This document shows positions 9,707-18,984 of a DNA stretch of 41,433 nt, in pieces. Within the stretch, counting starts at the first letter, position 1, and each line of letters opens with the position of its first letter. The notes under the pieces were generated by a model. The model saw only the letters and a program-made list of their open reading frames with translations. It made no database searches and was not told the DNA's origin. The stretch spans positions 1 through 41,433 of the forward strand of contig QNVF01000004.1 of the NCBI GenBank assembly GCA_004347965.1, given 5' to 3'. Source of the DNA: Candidatus Nezhaarchaeota archaeon WYZ-LMO8 (GTDB lineage: Archaea > Thermoproteota > Methanomethylicia > Nezhaarchaeales > WYZ-LMO8). Position numbers and translations under genes: made by a program.

Positions 9707-10059
9707 AAGAAAACCCTCAGAACTTTCTTTCACTTGTAAGGCGTTTAAAGCTTAATTATGCAGGCTAAGCGCCATTTATGGTGGGCAAATTAAAGTTCAA
9801 CGATTAAGTGGTGTGTAACGGTCATTGAGCACGGGGTAAGTAAGTGAGTGATGGCGTGAGGACGTAAGGCTTGAAGCTAGATTAAGACCTAGTATTTAAA
9901 GTCAAATTTGTGATGTGATCATTGCTCGTGATTACTTAAAATATCAAGCATCTCAATTTAAGTATTACTTAAGCCAAGTCGGCAAAATAAGAAGTAGTAG
10001 AAATAGTTATGTGATTATTGAGATATATTGAATCTTTTTTGTGATGGTGAGTGAGAGTC

Positions 10060-11337
10060 TTAATAGGCACCATGCTTCAACCCAGCGTTGATGTACGCCC
10101 TTACATTAGCTACGGGTGTGCCCTTAGGCAGTTCATTCACACCAGGTGATAATATGAAGCCTCCTTCAGGCTTCACTTTACTTAGAAGATCTTTTAAGTA
10201 CTCGTCAATTTTTTCAGGTGTCCCCCCAACGATCAATGATGGTGGTACACCGCCCATCACTGTTGTATGTCCTTTAAGCGTCTCCCAAGCCTTTATGAAG
10301 TCCCTCGGCCTTTCAAACCAAGCTACACCCCAACCTTTAGGGAGTTCCAGTATTGTTTCTACATGCGGTAGGTGATCCCCTTCAAAGAACACGAACCCTT
10401 TATAGCCTTTCTCAACGAGAGTCTCAATTACCTTCTTCAGATATGGCCAGTAGAACTCGTTGTAAAGTTTTGGTGGAAGCATCTCGTTTAAGTGTAGGGG
10501 TATGAAGAAGAACGTGAGCGGCGGTATTGGAGGTATAGCCGTAGCAACCTTGAGTATGGGTTCGACAAGCGCTTCACATGCAGCTTTAAAGTCGTCCGGA
10601 TACCTCCTCATATCAAGCATAGCTCCTGTTGGATACCTTAGGAAGTCACCTATAACGTCTGCCGATGTGTATGCATTTGTAATTGGGAATGCTGGGTAAC
10701 CTCTCTTACCAATTTCCACGAAGAGTTGTAGTTGGAATGACAATATTCTTTGCATAACCATGCCAACCCTTACCCACGCTCCATTCCATTGTGGAGACCC
10801 TGGAGCTCCTAGGCCGGGGCACGCTCTCGGTAGTATGACGCAATGCAAGAACTCCACAGGATTCTCAATGAGTTTCTTGTACTCTTTAGGCTCCATAAAC
10901 TCTCCTCCCCTAAACTGAGGATGTACATCCTCTCTGAGCTCCCTACCAGGCCATTGGCTCCATTTGTCCTTCAATATGTCGTGTACAGGCCCCGTCAAGA
11001 ATCTGATAGTGTTTGAGAAGTCGGGGAAGTCGGGAAAAGCAAGGGCAAGTACGAAGCCTTCAAGCATCATTGGCGCGAATATTATGCCCCAATCGTGTGG
11101 AAAGTCGTGCACGAACTTGAGGACTGCTGGAGGTATCTTTTCTAGGTTGTATGATAGATCGTACCACGAAATCCCAGTATACTGACATAGAAAGTCTCCA
11201 GCAACACCAGCTATCGGGACTCTATCAGGAACACCCAATTCAACAGCCTTCAGGAACCTCTCAGCCTTCTCCTTAGCAACTACATCAGGCTCTCTCTCAT
11301 GTCTCTCAATCCATAGATCTATTGGCTCCTTAACCAT
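10060..11337 (-). CDS. UroD/MtaA-fold methyltransferase, probably substrate:corrinoid MT1 (MtoB/MtvB-like O-demethylase)
   Basis: PDRVPI at N-terminus, YNEFYWPYLKKVI, TTVMGGVPPS, GGFILSPG; FFEGD in place of the HxC zinc motif of CoM methylases; 1 nt from the corrinoid protein gene. Confidence 0.75.
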   Translation of the reverse strand: MVKEPIDLWIERHEREPDVVAKEKAERFLKAVELGVPDRVPIAGVAGDFLCQYTGISWYDLSYNLEKIPPAVLKFVHDFPHDWGIIFAPMMLEGFVLALAFPDFPDFSNTIRFLTGPVHDILKDKWSQWPGRELREDVHPQFRGGEFMEPKEYKKLIENPVEFLHCVILPRACPGLGAPGSPQWNGAWVRVGMVMQRILSFQLQLFVEIGKRGYPAFPITNAYTSADVIGDFLRYPTGAMLDMRRYPDDFKAACEALVEPILKVATAIPPIPPLTFFFIPLHLNEMLPPKLYNEFYWPYLKKVIETLVEKGYKGFVFFEGDHLPHVETILELPKGWGVAWFERPRDFIKAWETLKGHTTVMGGVPPSLIVGGTPEKIDEYLKDLLSKVKPEGGFILSPGVNELPKGTPVANVRAYINAGLKHGAY

Positions 11338-11338
11338 T

Positions 11339-12007
11339 TCAGCCGCCCCCCTCCTTCTCTCTCACCCATTTTAGCATTATCCTCACTCCCGTTGCAGCAT
11401 CATTAGTCCACGCGTCGGCCCCTACGTATTCGCAGGCGTATTGATCTACTCTACCACCACCTATAATGATCTTTACCTTCTCTCTCAGCCCCGTCTCTCT
11501 TATTGCGTCAACAGTCTTCTTCATTGAATCTATTGCTAATGTCAGTAGCCCAGATAACCCAACTATGTTCGGATTATGTTGCTTTATTGCTTCAACAAAT
11601 TTTTTCGGCGGTACATCTACTCCGAGGTCTACTACCTCAAATCCTACCGCCTCCGCCATGGTGACGACGATGTTCTTGCCTATATCATGTATGTCCCCCT
11701 CAACAGTCCCTATGAGGAGCTTGCCTACAGTTTCTCTAGACCTTCCTACCTCCCTAAGCTTTGGCATGACTTTTTCACTTATGCCCTTCAGTATTTCTCC
11801 GGCCATCACTAAATCTGCTACGAAGTACTCTCCTCTTTCGAACCTTCCTCCTATTTCCTCGGCTGCTTTTTTTATTACCTCAAGTATTTTTAAAGGATCA
11901 ACATTAGATGTCAGTAGGTTCTCGGTTATTTCAAGGGCTTTCTCCTCGTTTAAGTCTAAGATGGATTTCAGTAACCTCTCAAGCTCGACTTCAAGGCTTG
12001 AAGACAA
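11339..12007 (-). CDS. Methyltransferase cognate corrinoid protein (MtoC/MtaC-like)
   Basis: B12-binding GTVEGDIHDIGKNIV, DLGVDVP, GLSGLLT, IIIGGG; GAGGTG RBS 6 nt before TTG 12007 (ORF track start 12016). Confidence 0.93.
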   Translation of the reverse strand: MSSSLEVELERLLKSILDLNEEKALEITENLLTSNVDPLKILEVIKKAAEEIGGRFERGEYFVADLVMAGEILKGISEKVMPKLREVGRSRETVGKLLIGTVEGDIHDIGKNIVVTMAEAVGFEVVDLGVDVPPKKFVEAIKQHNPNIVGLSGLLTLAIDSMKKTVDAIRETGLREKVKIIIGGGRVDQYACEYVGADAWTNDAATGVRIMLKWVREKEGGG

Positions 12008-12160
12008 AAAAGGCACCTCAAGATATCTAGTATCATCCCTTACAAATATTTTTGGTGTTGAAAATTCAGATAAGATAGAAGATGTGGAGGATAGCTCTAA
12101 GAGATGAACTTCTACGTAGTCGAGTTCTAAAAGACTTATTGATCACTAAGTCGTGAACTG

Positions 12161-14071
12161 TTATTCATTGAGTCGTCTACTTTCCTTTAAGTACTTCATC
12201 ACAGTCGGGTACTTGCTTAGGTCTCTATGAGGAATAATAAGTGCATCGATGAACTCCTTGTGAAACATTGGGTGCACTGTTAGCTCGGCGTAGCGGATTG
12301 TCCTTGAAATGTTGTCAGCCACACTCCTCATTTTCCTTGATAGCAGACACATCTTTGCTCCAGCTATCGCCGTGTTACCGACGAACCTTACTCTGTCTAG
12401 AGGTATGTCTGGAATAAGCCCCACGAATAGTGCACTTTCAGTGTTTAAGTAGTTTCCAAAAGCTCCTGCTATGTATACACGATCTATGCCTTCTTCTCTT
12501 ACCCCTTTTTCCTTCATCAGGACAGCAATTCCTGAGCGTATTGCTGCCTTTGCAAGGATTATTTCTTGAATGTCTCTTTCACTAATGGTTATGTCGCGAC
12601 CAGCCCCTGATTCCTCTCTCCAGGCTATCACGAATTTATGCACACCATTTTCTTGTCGCAAGCGCTTAGAAGAGATGTTCTTGTTAAAGTGCCCGCGATG
12701 ATCTATTATCCCGCACTTGAACATCTCAGCTATAGCATCCACCATGGCTGAGCCACATATGCCTATAGGCTTAGCATCATTTATCGTTTTATACTCGACC
12801 TCGTAGTCTCTGGGGTCAATCTTAATCTTCTCGATGGCCCCGGTCACAGCCTTCACACCATGCTCTATATGCATTCCCTCAAAAGCTGAACCTGCAGCAC
12901 AAGAGCAAGACATTATATCCTCCTTATTTCCTACGAATACCTCACTGTTGGTCCCAATGTCCACGAGTAAGCTAACCTCATCCGCTTCGTGTATTCCTGA
13001 AGCTAGAACGTCAGCTACCGCATCGGCTCCAACGAAACCTGCAATTATTGGAAGAACGTAGACGTTGGCAAAGGGGTTCACTTTAAGGCCTAAGTGCTTA
13101 GCTTTAACGTTTATTGATTGCTTGACAACTGGGACGTAGGGCGCGATTGCAAGCTGCTTAGGATTGTACCCCAGCAGTATGTGGTGCATTGCCGTGTTAC
13201 CCACAACAGTAACCTCATATACACAATCCTTCTTCACGCCTGCTTCTCGGCATGCCTCGTCGATTAGTGTGTTTATGGCTTCTAGCACTAGCTCCTGCAG
13301 TCTCCTTAGCCCATCTTCTCTGAGAACAGCATAGTTTATCCTCGAGATTATATCCTCTCCATAAGTAATTTGTGGATTCTCCATCGATTTGATGGAGACT
13401 GTTTCACCAGAAGTGAGATTGACTAGATGTATAACTATCTTTGAAGTTCCTACGTCAATAGAGACTCCAAAAGCTCTCTCTGCCCCGTCTTCTTCCAACG
13501 ATATTACCTCCCTCTCCATCCACAATGTAACGGTTATTTTCCAATCAGCTCGTCTCAGGATTATTGGTAATTTTTGCATAAGCTCGTGATCCATTTCGAT
13601 TCTCGTGAAACCCATATCTCTCAGTACGCTGCAAAGTCTCTCAAAATCTGGAGTTATATCATGCAAGTTTGGCCTAGGTATATTCACTTGCATTTTCCTT
13701 ATTGCTGGATCAAGCTCAAAATGCCTTCCAACCCCTTCACTTAAGATTTTTCTAGTCTCCAGCCTGCTTTCATGTGGCACAAAAATTCTTACATTGCCTT
13801 TAATGATGCTTTGGCATGCCAGCCTAAACCCCTTCCTTAGCTTGTCTACAGGTATGTGCTGAAGTTCAACATTAGATGTTGAGCTCAGGTTTAGTTGATC
13901 CTCAACTATTACTAAACACTTTCCACATAGACCTAAACCTCCACAATCAGACCTTATTCCGATACCAGCAACTCGTGCAGCATCAAGTATGGTCATCCCC
14001 TTCTTTACCTCTACCTTCCTCCCTTGAGGTTCAAAGACTACAGCTATCTTCTCAAGATCCTCGTTTACCAA
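12161..14071 (-). CDS. Corrinoid reductive activator (RACE/ASKHA ATPase with N-terminal [2Fe-2S]; MtoD/RamA-like function)
   Basis: CGGLGLCGKC...RLACQ 2Fe-2S domain; IDVGTS, YGEDIISRI, GNTAMHH, GFVGAD, DIGTNSE, GICGS, AGAFG. Confidence 0.92.
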   Translation of the reverse strand: MVNEDLEKIAVVFEPQGRKVEVKKGMTILDAARVAGIGIRSDCGGLGLCGKCLVIVEDQLNLSSTSNVELQHIPVDKLRKGFRLACQSIIKGNVRIFVPHESRLETRKILSEGVGRHFELDPAIRKMQVNIPRPNLHDITPDFERLCSVLRDMGFTRIEMDHELMQKLPIILRRADWKITVTLWMEREVISLEEDGAERAFGVSIDVGTSKIVIHLVNLTSGETVSIKSMENPQITYGEDIISRINYAVLREDGLRRLQELVLEAINTLIDEACREAGVKKDCVYEVTVVGNTAMHHILLGYNPKQLAIAPYVPVVKQSINVKAKHLGLKVNPFANVYVLPIIAGFVGADAVADVLASGIHEADEVSLLVDIGTNSEVFVGNKEDIMSCSCAAGSAFEGMHIEHGVKAVTGAIEKIKIDPRDYEVEYKTINDAKPIGICGSAMVDAIAEMFKCGIIDHRGHFNKNISSKRLRQENGVHKFVIAWREESGAGRDITISERDIQEIILAKAAIRSGIAVLMKEKGVREEGIDRVYIAGAFGNYLNTESALFVGLIPDIPLDRVRFVGNTAIAGAKMCLLSRKMRSVADNISRTIRYAELTVHPMFHKEFIDALIIPHRDLSKYPTVMKYLKESRRLNE

Positions 14072-14196
14072 GGTTATCTAGAAGAGTTTAGGATATCTCA
14101 GCTTTTAATATGCTTAGCTCGGACCTTGCAACCATTTAGGGTAAGACTTTAGAGCTTGTTGGATGATATAATCTCAATCGATTTCGGGAGGTTAAA

Positions 14197-15102
14197 ATGT
14201 TGTTTAAGTTTGAGAGAGAGCAACTAGTTTTCGACATAGCTGGAGTTAAGATCGGGGGTCAACCTGGTGAGAATCCAACAGTAGTCATAGGAAGCATATT
14301 CTATAGAGGGGACAAGTTAGTTGATGAACGTGGTGGGATCAATAAGGAGGAGGCTGAGAAGCTCATTGTCAAGTACGAGGAGATATGTGACAAGGTTGGG
14401 CTTTCATGCATGCTCGACGTGGTTTGTACAAACACTGAAAATGCGAGAGAGCGCTTAGAGTTTGCTGCTGACGCTACAAAGATACCCATACTAATAGACT
14501 ACGTAACTGAGGAGGCAGCAATTAGCGGCTTAGAAGCAGCAAAGGAGCTAAACATACTGGATAGAGTGTTATTAAATTCCTTAAACCCTGAAACTAAGAG
14601 CCAAGTGTACCAGAAAGCTAAGGAAGTTGGGCTTAAAGCGGCAATAGCGTTGACGTACAGCTCGAAGGCCATAATATCCTATAGAGAGAGACTTAGGCTC
14701 TTAGACTTGTTAATTCCAAAGATGAAGGATTTCGGTATAGAGAAGATCCTGATAGACACCGTGGTAATGGATCTTGTGACGTTAGGGTTGGCGTGTAGAG
14801 CAATCTATGAAATAAAGAATCGCTATGGGTATCCGTGCGGCTGTGGAGCTCACAACGCCGTTGCTCTATGGAAATCTCTGAAGCAAAAGAAGAATAAAGT
14901 GTTAACCGCTGCTTGCTCAACCATAGCTAACGGGCTTCCAATAGCTATTGGAGGAGACTTTATACTTTTTGGACCGGTAAGTGATGCAGAGTTTATAGTC
15001 CCAGCCATAGCAATCATAAATGCGGCATATGGTCAAGTCTTGATGGAAGATGGAAAGCGTCCATCATCTATCCACCCTAGATTCAAGATAACGCGGTTCT
15101 AA
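14197..15102 (+). CDS. mtrH: MtrH-family methyltransferase (methylcorrinoid:H4MPT MT; MtoA/MtgA-like), standalone
   Basis: MLFKFEREQLVFDIAGVKIGGQPGENPTVVIGSIFY, GYPCGCGAHNA, GGDFILFGP; GGGAGG RBS; no other mtr subunits in the window. Confidence 0.88.
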   Translation: MLFKFEREQLVFDIAGVKIGGQPGENPTVVIGSIFYRGDKLVDERGGINKEEAEKLIVKYEEICDKVGLSCMLDVVCTNTENARERLEFAADATKIPILIDYVTEEAAISGLEAAKELNILDRVLLNSLNPETKSQVYQKAKEVGLKAAIALTYSSKAIISYRERLRLLDLLIPKMKDFGIEKILIDTVVMDLVTLGLACRAIYEIKNRYGYPCGCGAHNAVALWKSLKQKKNKVLTAACSTIANGLPIAIGGDFILFGPVSDAEFIVPAIAIINAAYGQVLMEDGKRPSSIHPRFKITRF

Positions 15103-15189
15103 ACATCATGTTCTTAGTCTATCGAGAAATTGTGAGGAACCTGAAAATAATTATTGCAAGATTTCATAATGTTGACCCCGCTCATGAAG

Positions 15190-15197
15190 TTTAAAGG
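15190..15197 (+). promoter_or_regulatory. Putative TATA box
   Basis: GAAG-TTTAAAGG ending about 29 nt upstream of GTG 15226. Confidence 0.4.
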
Positions 15198-15225
15198 ACT
15201 GTGCTTTACAGAACGTTTGTGGTAG

Positions 15226-15669
15226 GTGAGGAGGTTGATCCGACTATTCATCTCTGGACCAATACAAGGCATGGAGGACAAGCAAGACTACAGAAAAGAG
15301 ATGAGGAGGATATTAGAGACTGAAGGATATGAAGTCGTAGATCCGTGGGAGAGGGAGAAAGTAATTTACAGAGCGACCGAAAAAGAATGGTGGAGAAACG
15401 TTCCCCCCAGAGACTTCATAGAGAGGGACTTGAGAGATATCGAAAGATGTGATGTATTGATTGCTTATTTGCCCACGCTTTCAGCTGGAACCTGTATGGA
15501 GCTGTTTTATGCCAAGCTTAAGGGCAAGAAAGTTGTCTCGATAATAGAGTTCAACAATCCTAGCCCTTGGATAACGCTGCACTCAGATGTTGTGCTAAGG
15601 AGCTTAAAGGAATTCGAGAGCTACGTGAAGAAGGGGGAATTAAAAGAGTTACTGAAAAAGGGCGACTAA
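15226..15669 (+). CDS. Nucleoside 2-deoxyribosyltransferase-like / N-glycosidase family protein
   Basis: FISGPI, VVDPW, RDLRDIERCDVLIAYL, SAGTCMELFYA. Confidence 0.8.
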   Translation: MRRLIRLFISGPIQGMEDKQDYRKEMRRILETEGYEVVDPWEREKVIYRATEKEWWRNVPPRDFIERDLRDIERCDVLIAYLPTLSAGTCMELFYAKLKGKKVVSIIEFNNPSPWITLHSDVVLRSLKEFESYVKKGELKELLKKGD

Positions 15670-15753
15670 AATCATACCTAATACGTATCTAAGCCAAACC
15701 CATTACGTACTACCGTTAACTTTAAATTACTCTGACAATAGAAAGTAAGGTGT

Positions 15754-16461
15754 ATGTATAGGACGGATTATCCAACCATATCTCGCATAAACAGAGCCTT
15801 GGTAAAGTTGTTGTTTAGAGACGAGGGCAGAGTTAGAAAGTTCATGGCTGTCATACTTGTAATCTTAGGCATCACTGGAAGGATCCTTCTCTTCGACCTT
15901 CCGAACATTGAGACAGTCGCCGTCGTATCTATGCTTGCTGGTTGCATACTTGGTGGTATTTACGCGTTCCTCATACCTCTTAGCGTCATGCTTACTACAG
16001 ATATTTGCTACATATATCTTCGAGGTCAAGGTCTAAACCTACCTGGCTGGCAAAACATCTTCATATTTACTTGGTCTGGCTTCATCATGGTGGCACTTAT
16101 TGGGCGTTTACTTAAGAATGAGAAGCACAAGGTCTCTTTGAAATTCTTCGGCTTATTTACTGGGTTCGGATTGTTAGGTACCTTATTATACGACATTTGG
16201 ACAGCTTTTGGATGCTGGTGGTTATTTCATCCTCACACCTTAAGTAGTCTTTCCCTCGTTTACGTGCTTCAGATACCTTTTACCATTTATCACCTTCTCT
16301 CAACCCTCATCTTCTCAGCTTCCATAGGCTTTCCGCTAATATACTTGTATGAGAAGTTGGTGGCCATGACCCCCGTGAAGGTTAAGATGGCAATTCCTAG
16401 TATTGCTCGCATACCCAAGAAGGTTAGGTCAAGAAGGTATGGAGGTGGTGTTTATGGCTAG
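15754..16461 (+). CDS. ECF-transporter S component, probably cobalamin-specific (CbrT-like)
   Basis: About 6 TM helices; PNIETVAVVSMLAG resembles the PNxxP/T motif of cobalamin S components; overlaps the DUF4430 gene. Confidence 0.6.
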   Translation: MYRTDYPTISRINRALVKLLFRDEGRVRKFMAVILVILGITGRILLFDLPNIETVAVVSMLAGCILGGIYAFLIPLSVMLTTDICYIYLRGQGLNLPGWQNIFIFTWSGFIMVALIGRLLKNEKHKVSLKFFGLFTGFGLLGTLLYDIWTAFGCWWLFHPHTLSSLSLVYVLQIPFTIYHLLSTLIFSASIGFPLIYLYEKLVAMTPVKVKMAIPSIARIPKKVRSRRYGGGVYG

Positions 16462-16909
16462 TAGAGCTGTAACCATAGTGGCCATAGTAGCAATAGTGAT
16501 AGCTGCATGTTCAATAGCGTTAGCAGCTCAAACGTACTACGAAGTCTTCATGCTATCAGCGAAGCTTGAGAACTTAAAGGAAAGCTTAAGAACTATAACA
16601 AGTGAGGTATCCATAACCATTGACTATGGGAACGGCACAACGAGAACCCATAAGCTCTTAGTTCCTATAGGCTACACAGCTCTAGATGCTTTGAGGTGCA
16701 TAGCAAAGGTTGGAACCAAGCTCTACAGCTGGGGAGAGTACATAGTCGCTATAGACGACGTCTACGAGAGCTTTGAGAAGAACCTTTACTGGCTATGGTA
16801 CATTATGGGAGATAAAGGTAACTGGGAACTGGCGCCGGTAGGGGCTGGAGCATACGTCCTGAAAAGCGGCGACCATATAAAGTTCAGCTACGAGAGACCT
16901 CCATGGTGA
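16454..16909 (+). CDS. Membrane-anchored DUF4430 (transcobalamin C-terminal-like beta-grasp) protein, probable B12 binding
   Basis: GGAGGTGGTG RBS then ATG 16454; N-terminal TM; IDYGNGT, TALDAL, GEYIVAIDDV, YWLWY, APVGAGAYVLKSGDHIKFSY. Confidence 0.8.
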   Translation: MASRAVTIVAIVAIVIAACSIALAAQTYYEVFMLSAKLENLKESLRTITSEVSITIDYGNGTTRTHKLLVPIGYTALDALRCIAKVGTKLYSWGEYIVAIDDVYESFEKNLYWLWYIMGDKGNWELAPVGAGAYVLKSGDHIKFSYERPPW

Positions 16910-16943
16910 GTTAGTGGAGGGCTGTGCATACAAAGTTATGCTG

Positions 16944-18014
16944 CTACTCTTCAACGACGTGAACGTAGAGTCCGTACGTCTCTCCCTTCTTTACTAAGTA
17001 TCGCCTACCAACTATTGATGAAAGCAACTTAGCTCCTTCAGGTAGTTTTAGATCCGTAAAGCTCATGACCATGTCCTTCTCAGCTACGAGCTTTTCAATA
17101 ACTGCTCTACCCTTTAACTTAATGGGTCTTAAAAGTTGCCTGCCGAAGTAAGCATTGGCAAGCATTTCAAGCACGTTCTCTTCAGATATTTCCCTTAACG
17201 CCAAATAGCTTGTAGTAAGTCTTGGATTAACCTCAATGACGTAAGGCTCATCATCCTTTAGCACCACGTCGATTCCAAAGAAGCCCTTCACATCGCCAAG
17301 CGACCTTATGGTTTTCACCGCTACTTTAAGCACCTTCTCATTCTCTTCGTAGGGTACCATACTCCCAATATAGATTGAGGATTCCCTAGGTCCTTTTACA
17401 TGAACTTTCTGCATGTTAATTGATAACGGTAAGACGTCGCCATCGAGTGCAAGTAGGCAGACGCTTAGATTTAATCCCTCAACGTACTCTTGGATCAAGA
17501 AGTATGGAAGCTTTGTACACTGCCTTAGAATATCCAGAGCTAAAGGAGCTTCATCTAAATTTGTTACGAGAGAGAGACCTGCGCAACCATCTCCATCAGC
17601 TGGTTTAACTACTACTTTCTCGTAAGTATATAGGGCTTGCTCAATGTTTCTTAATCCATCCTCAAGTCTTGAGACAATGGTTTTAGCTGTTCTTATTCCA
17701 TGAAGCTCTAGGTTTCTTGCCATTAAAGCTTTGTCTGTAGCAAGAAAAACTGCAGTTGATGGAGAATCCATAACGTCTAAGCCTTCATCTTCACATGCTT
17801 TAACGAGATTGTAAAGTGTTCTACCAGCTGATGGAGCGATTATGAAAATTAAGTCTACAGGCTTCTTAGGCGGTATGGAGGTGGTCGCGTGTACCTCATA
17901 CCCAGCTCTACTTAGATCTTCGACTACAGCTTTCAACATGGAGTCACCTTCAATCCATATAGAAGTATGATGTGCTTGAGTAGCCGTAAAATGTTCGTAG
18001 ACAGCTATCTTCAC
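16944..18014 (-). CDS. mfnD: ATP-grasp ligase, tyramine--L-glutamate ligase family (methanofuran biosynthesis)
   Basis: MKIAVYEH, EGDSMLKAVVEDL, IIAPS, KPADGDGCAG, IQEYVEG, PLSINMQ, GFFGIDVV, IEVNPRLTTSY; near mfnA. Confidence 0.75.
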   Translation of the reverse strand: MKIAVYEHFTATQAHHTSIWIEGDSMLKAVVEDLSRAGYEVHATTSIPPKKPVDLIFIIAPSAGRTLYNLVKACEDEGLDVMDSPSTAVFLATDKALMARNLELHGIRTAKTIVSRLEDGLRNIEQALYTYEKVVVKPADGDGCAGLSLVTNLDEAPLALDILRQCTKLPYFLIQEYVEGLNLSVCLLALDGDVLPLSINMQKVHVKGPRESSIYIGSMVPYEENEKVLKVAVKTIRSLGDVKGFFGIDVVLKDDEPYVIEVNPRLTTSYLALREISEENVLEMLANAYFGRQLLRPIKLKGRAVIEKLVAEKDMVMSFTDLKLPEGAKLLSSIVGRRYLVKKGETYGLYVHVVEE

Positions 18015-18026
18015 GTTTAAAAAACC

Positions 18027-18890
18027 TCATCTCCTAACTATTCCTGCTATACCTTTAGTTATGTCAGACTTAGTTATTATGCCAATAAGCTTATCATGGT
18101 GTACAACTGGGAGACCGCTTATCCCATGCTTAAGCATCATCGTAGCTGCTTTCGACGCATCTTCGTCCACTTCTATGACGTAGGGATTCGGAGTCATGAC
18201 GTCTTCAGCTATCGGAACCATGTAGGCTCTAACAACAGCTCCTCTACCTCTAAAGTCTCTGACCCTTTGCTTAATGAACTTGTCTTTAGCTAGGAACGGT
18301 TTAACTGATCTAGCAAAAACTACATCGGTCTCAGTTATTATGCCTACTGGCGTCTCGTCCTCAACGACTATAACTCTTGAAATGTTATACTTAGCTAGAA
18401 GCTCTTGAACTCTGAATATTGTGTGAGTTCTCCTAACAGTTATCGGGTGCTTGGTCATTAAGTCACCGACCTTATACGCTCCACTGTAGCCATCTACGAA
18501 TGCTCTTAGGAGATCCGTCTTGGTTATTATCCCAACTAAGTTGCTAGAGACCTGCGAGACAACAGGAAGACCGCTTATCAGGTTCTTCAACATTATTTGA
18601 GCTGCTTTCTTGACTGTCATTCGTGGTGTTACAAGCTTTAATTCCGTTGGCTCCTTAACATCGTTAACGCAAATTAATTCTAAAGGTTTATCCCTCCACT
18701 CCTTAGAGATCATAGCTCTAATTATGTCCCCCTTAGTGATTATGTTTATGGGCTTCAACGCTTCGTCAACTATGACTACCCTGCTTATCCCATGTTTTAA
18801 CATGAGGTTCCTTATGTAAGCTAAGTTGTCAGTTAACTTAGCAGTTATCACCGGAGAGCTCATGTATCTAGAGACACGCAAATAAAACAC
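18027..18890 (-). CDS. CBS-domain protein (four CBS repeats)
   Basis: Repeated ISRVVIV/ISGLPVV...GIITKTD motifs. Confidence 0.9.
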   Translation of the reverse strand: MFYLRVSRYMSSPVITAKLTDNLAYIRNLMLKHGISRVVIVDEALKPINIITKGDIIRAMISKEWRDKPLELICVNDVKEPTELKLVTPRMTVKKAAQIMLKNLISGLPVVSQVSSNLVGIITKTDLLRAFVDGYSGAYKVGDLMTKHPITVRRTHTIFRVQELLAKYNISRVIVVEDETPVGIITETDVVFARSVKPFLAKDKFIKQRVRDFRGRGAVVRAYMVPIAEDVMTPNPYVIEVDEDASKAATMMLKHGISGLPVVHHDKLIGIITKSDITKGIAGIVRR

Positions 18891-18984
18891 CTGCTGAACT
18901 TCTGTCTCTCACTGATCAAATTTAATTGCTTTACGCCAATCTCTCAGCAGCTTGAAGAACGAACTTTTAATGACGACATGAAGG

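Noticed and set aside
10060..11337. Annotation as MtaA (methylcobamide:CoM MT) or true uroporphyrinogen decarboxylase
   Set aside because: Lacks the HxC...C zinc motif and the UroD RQAGR motif; size and context fit an MT1
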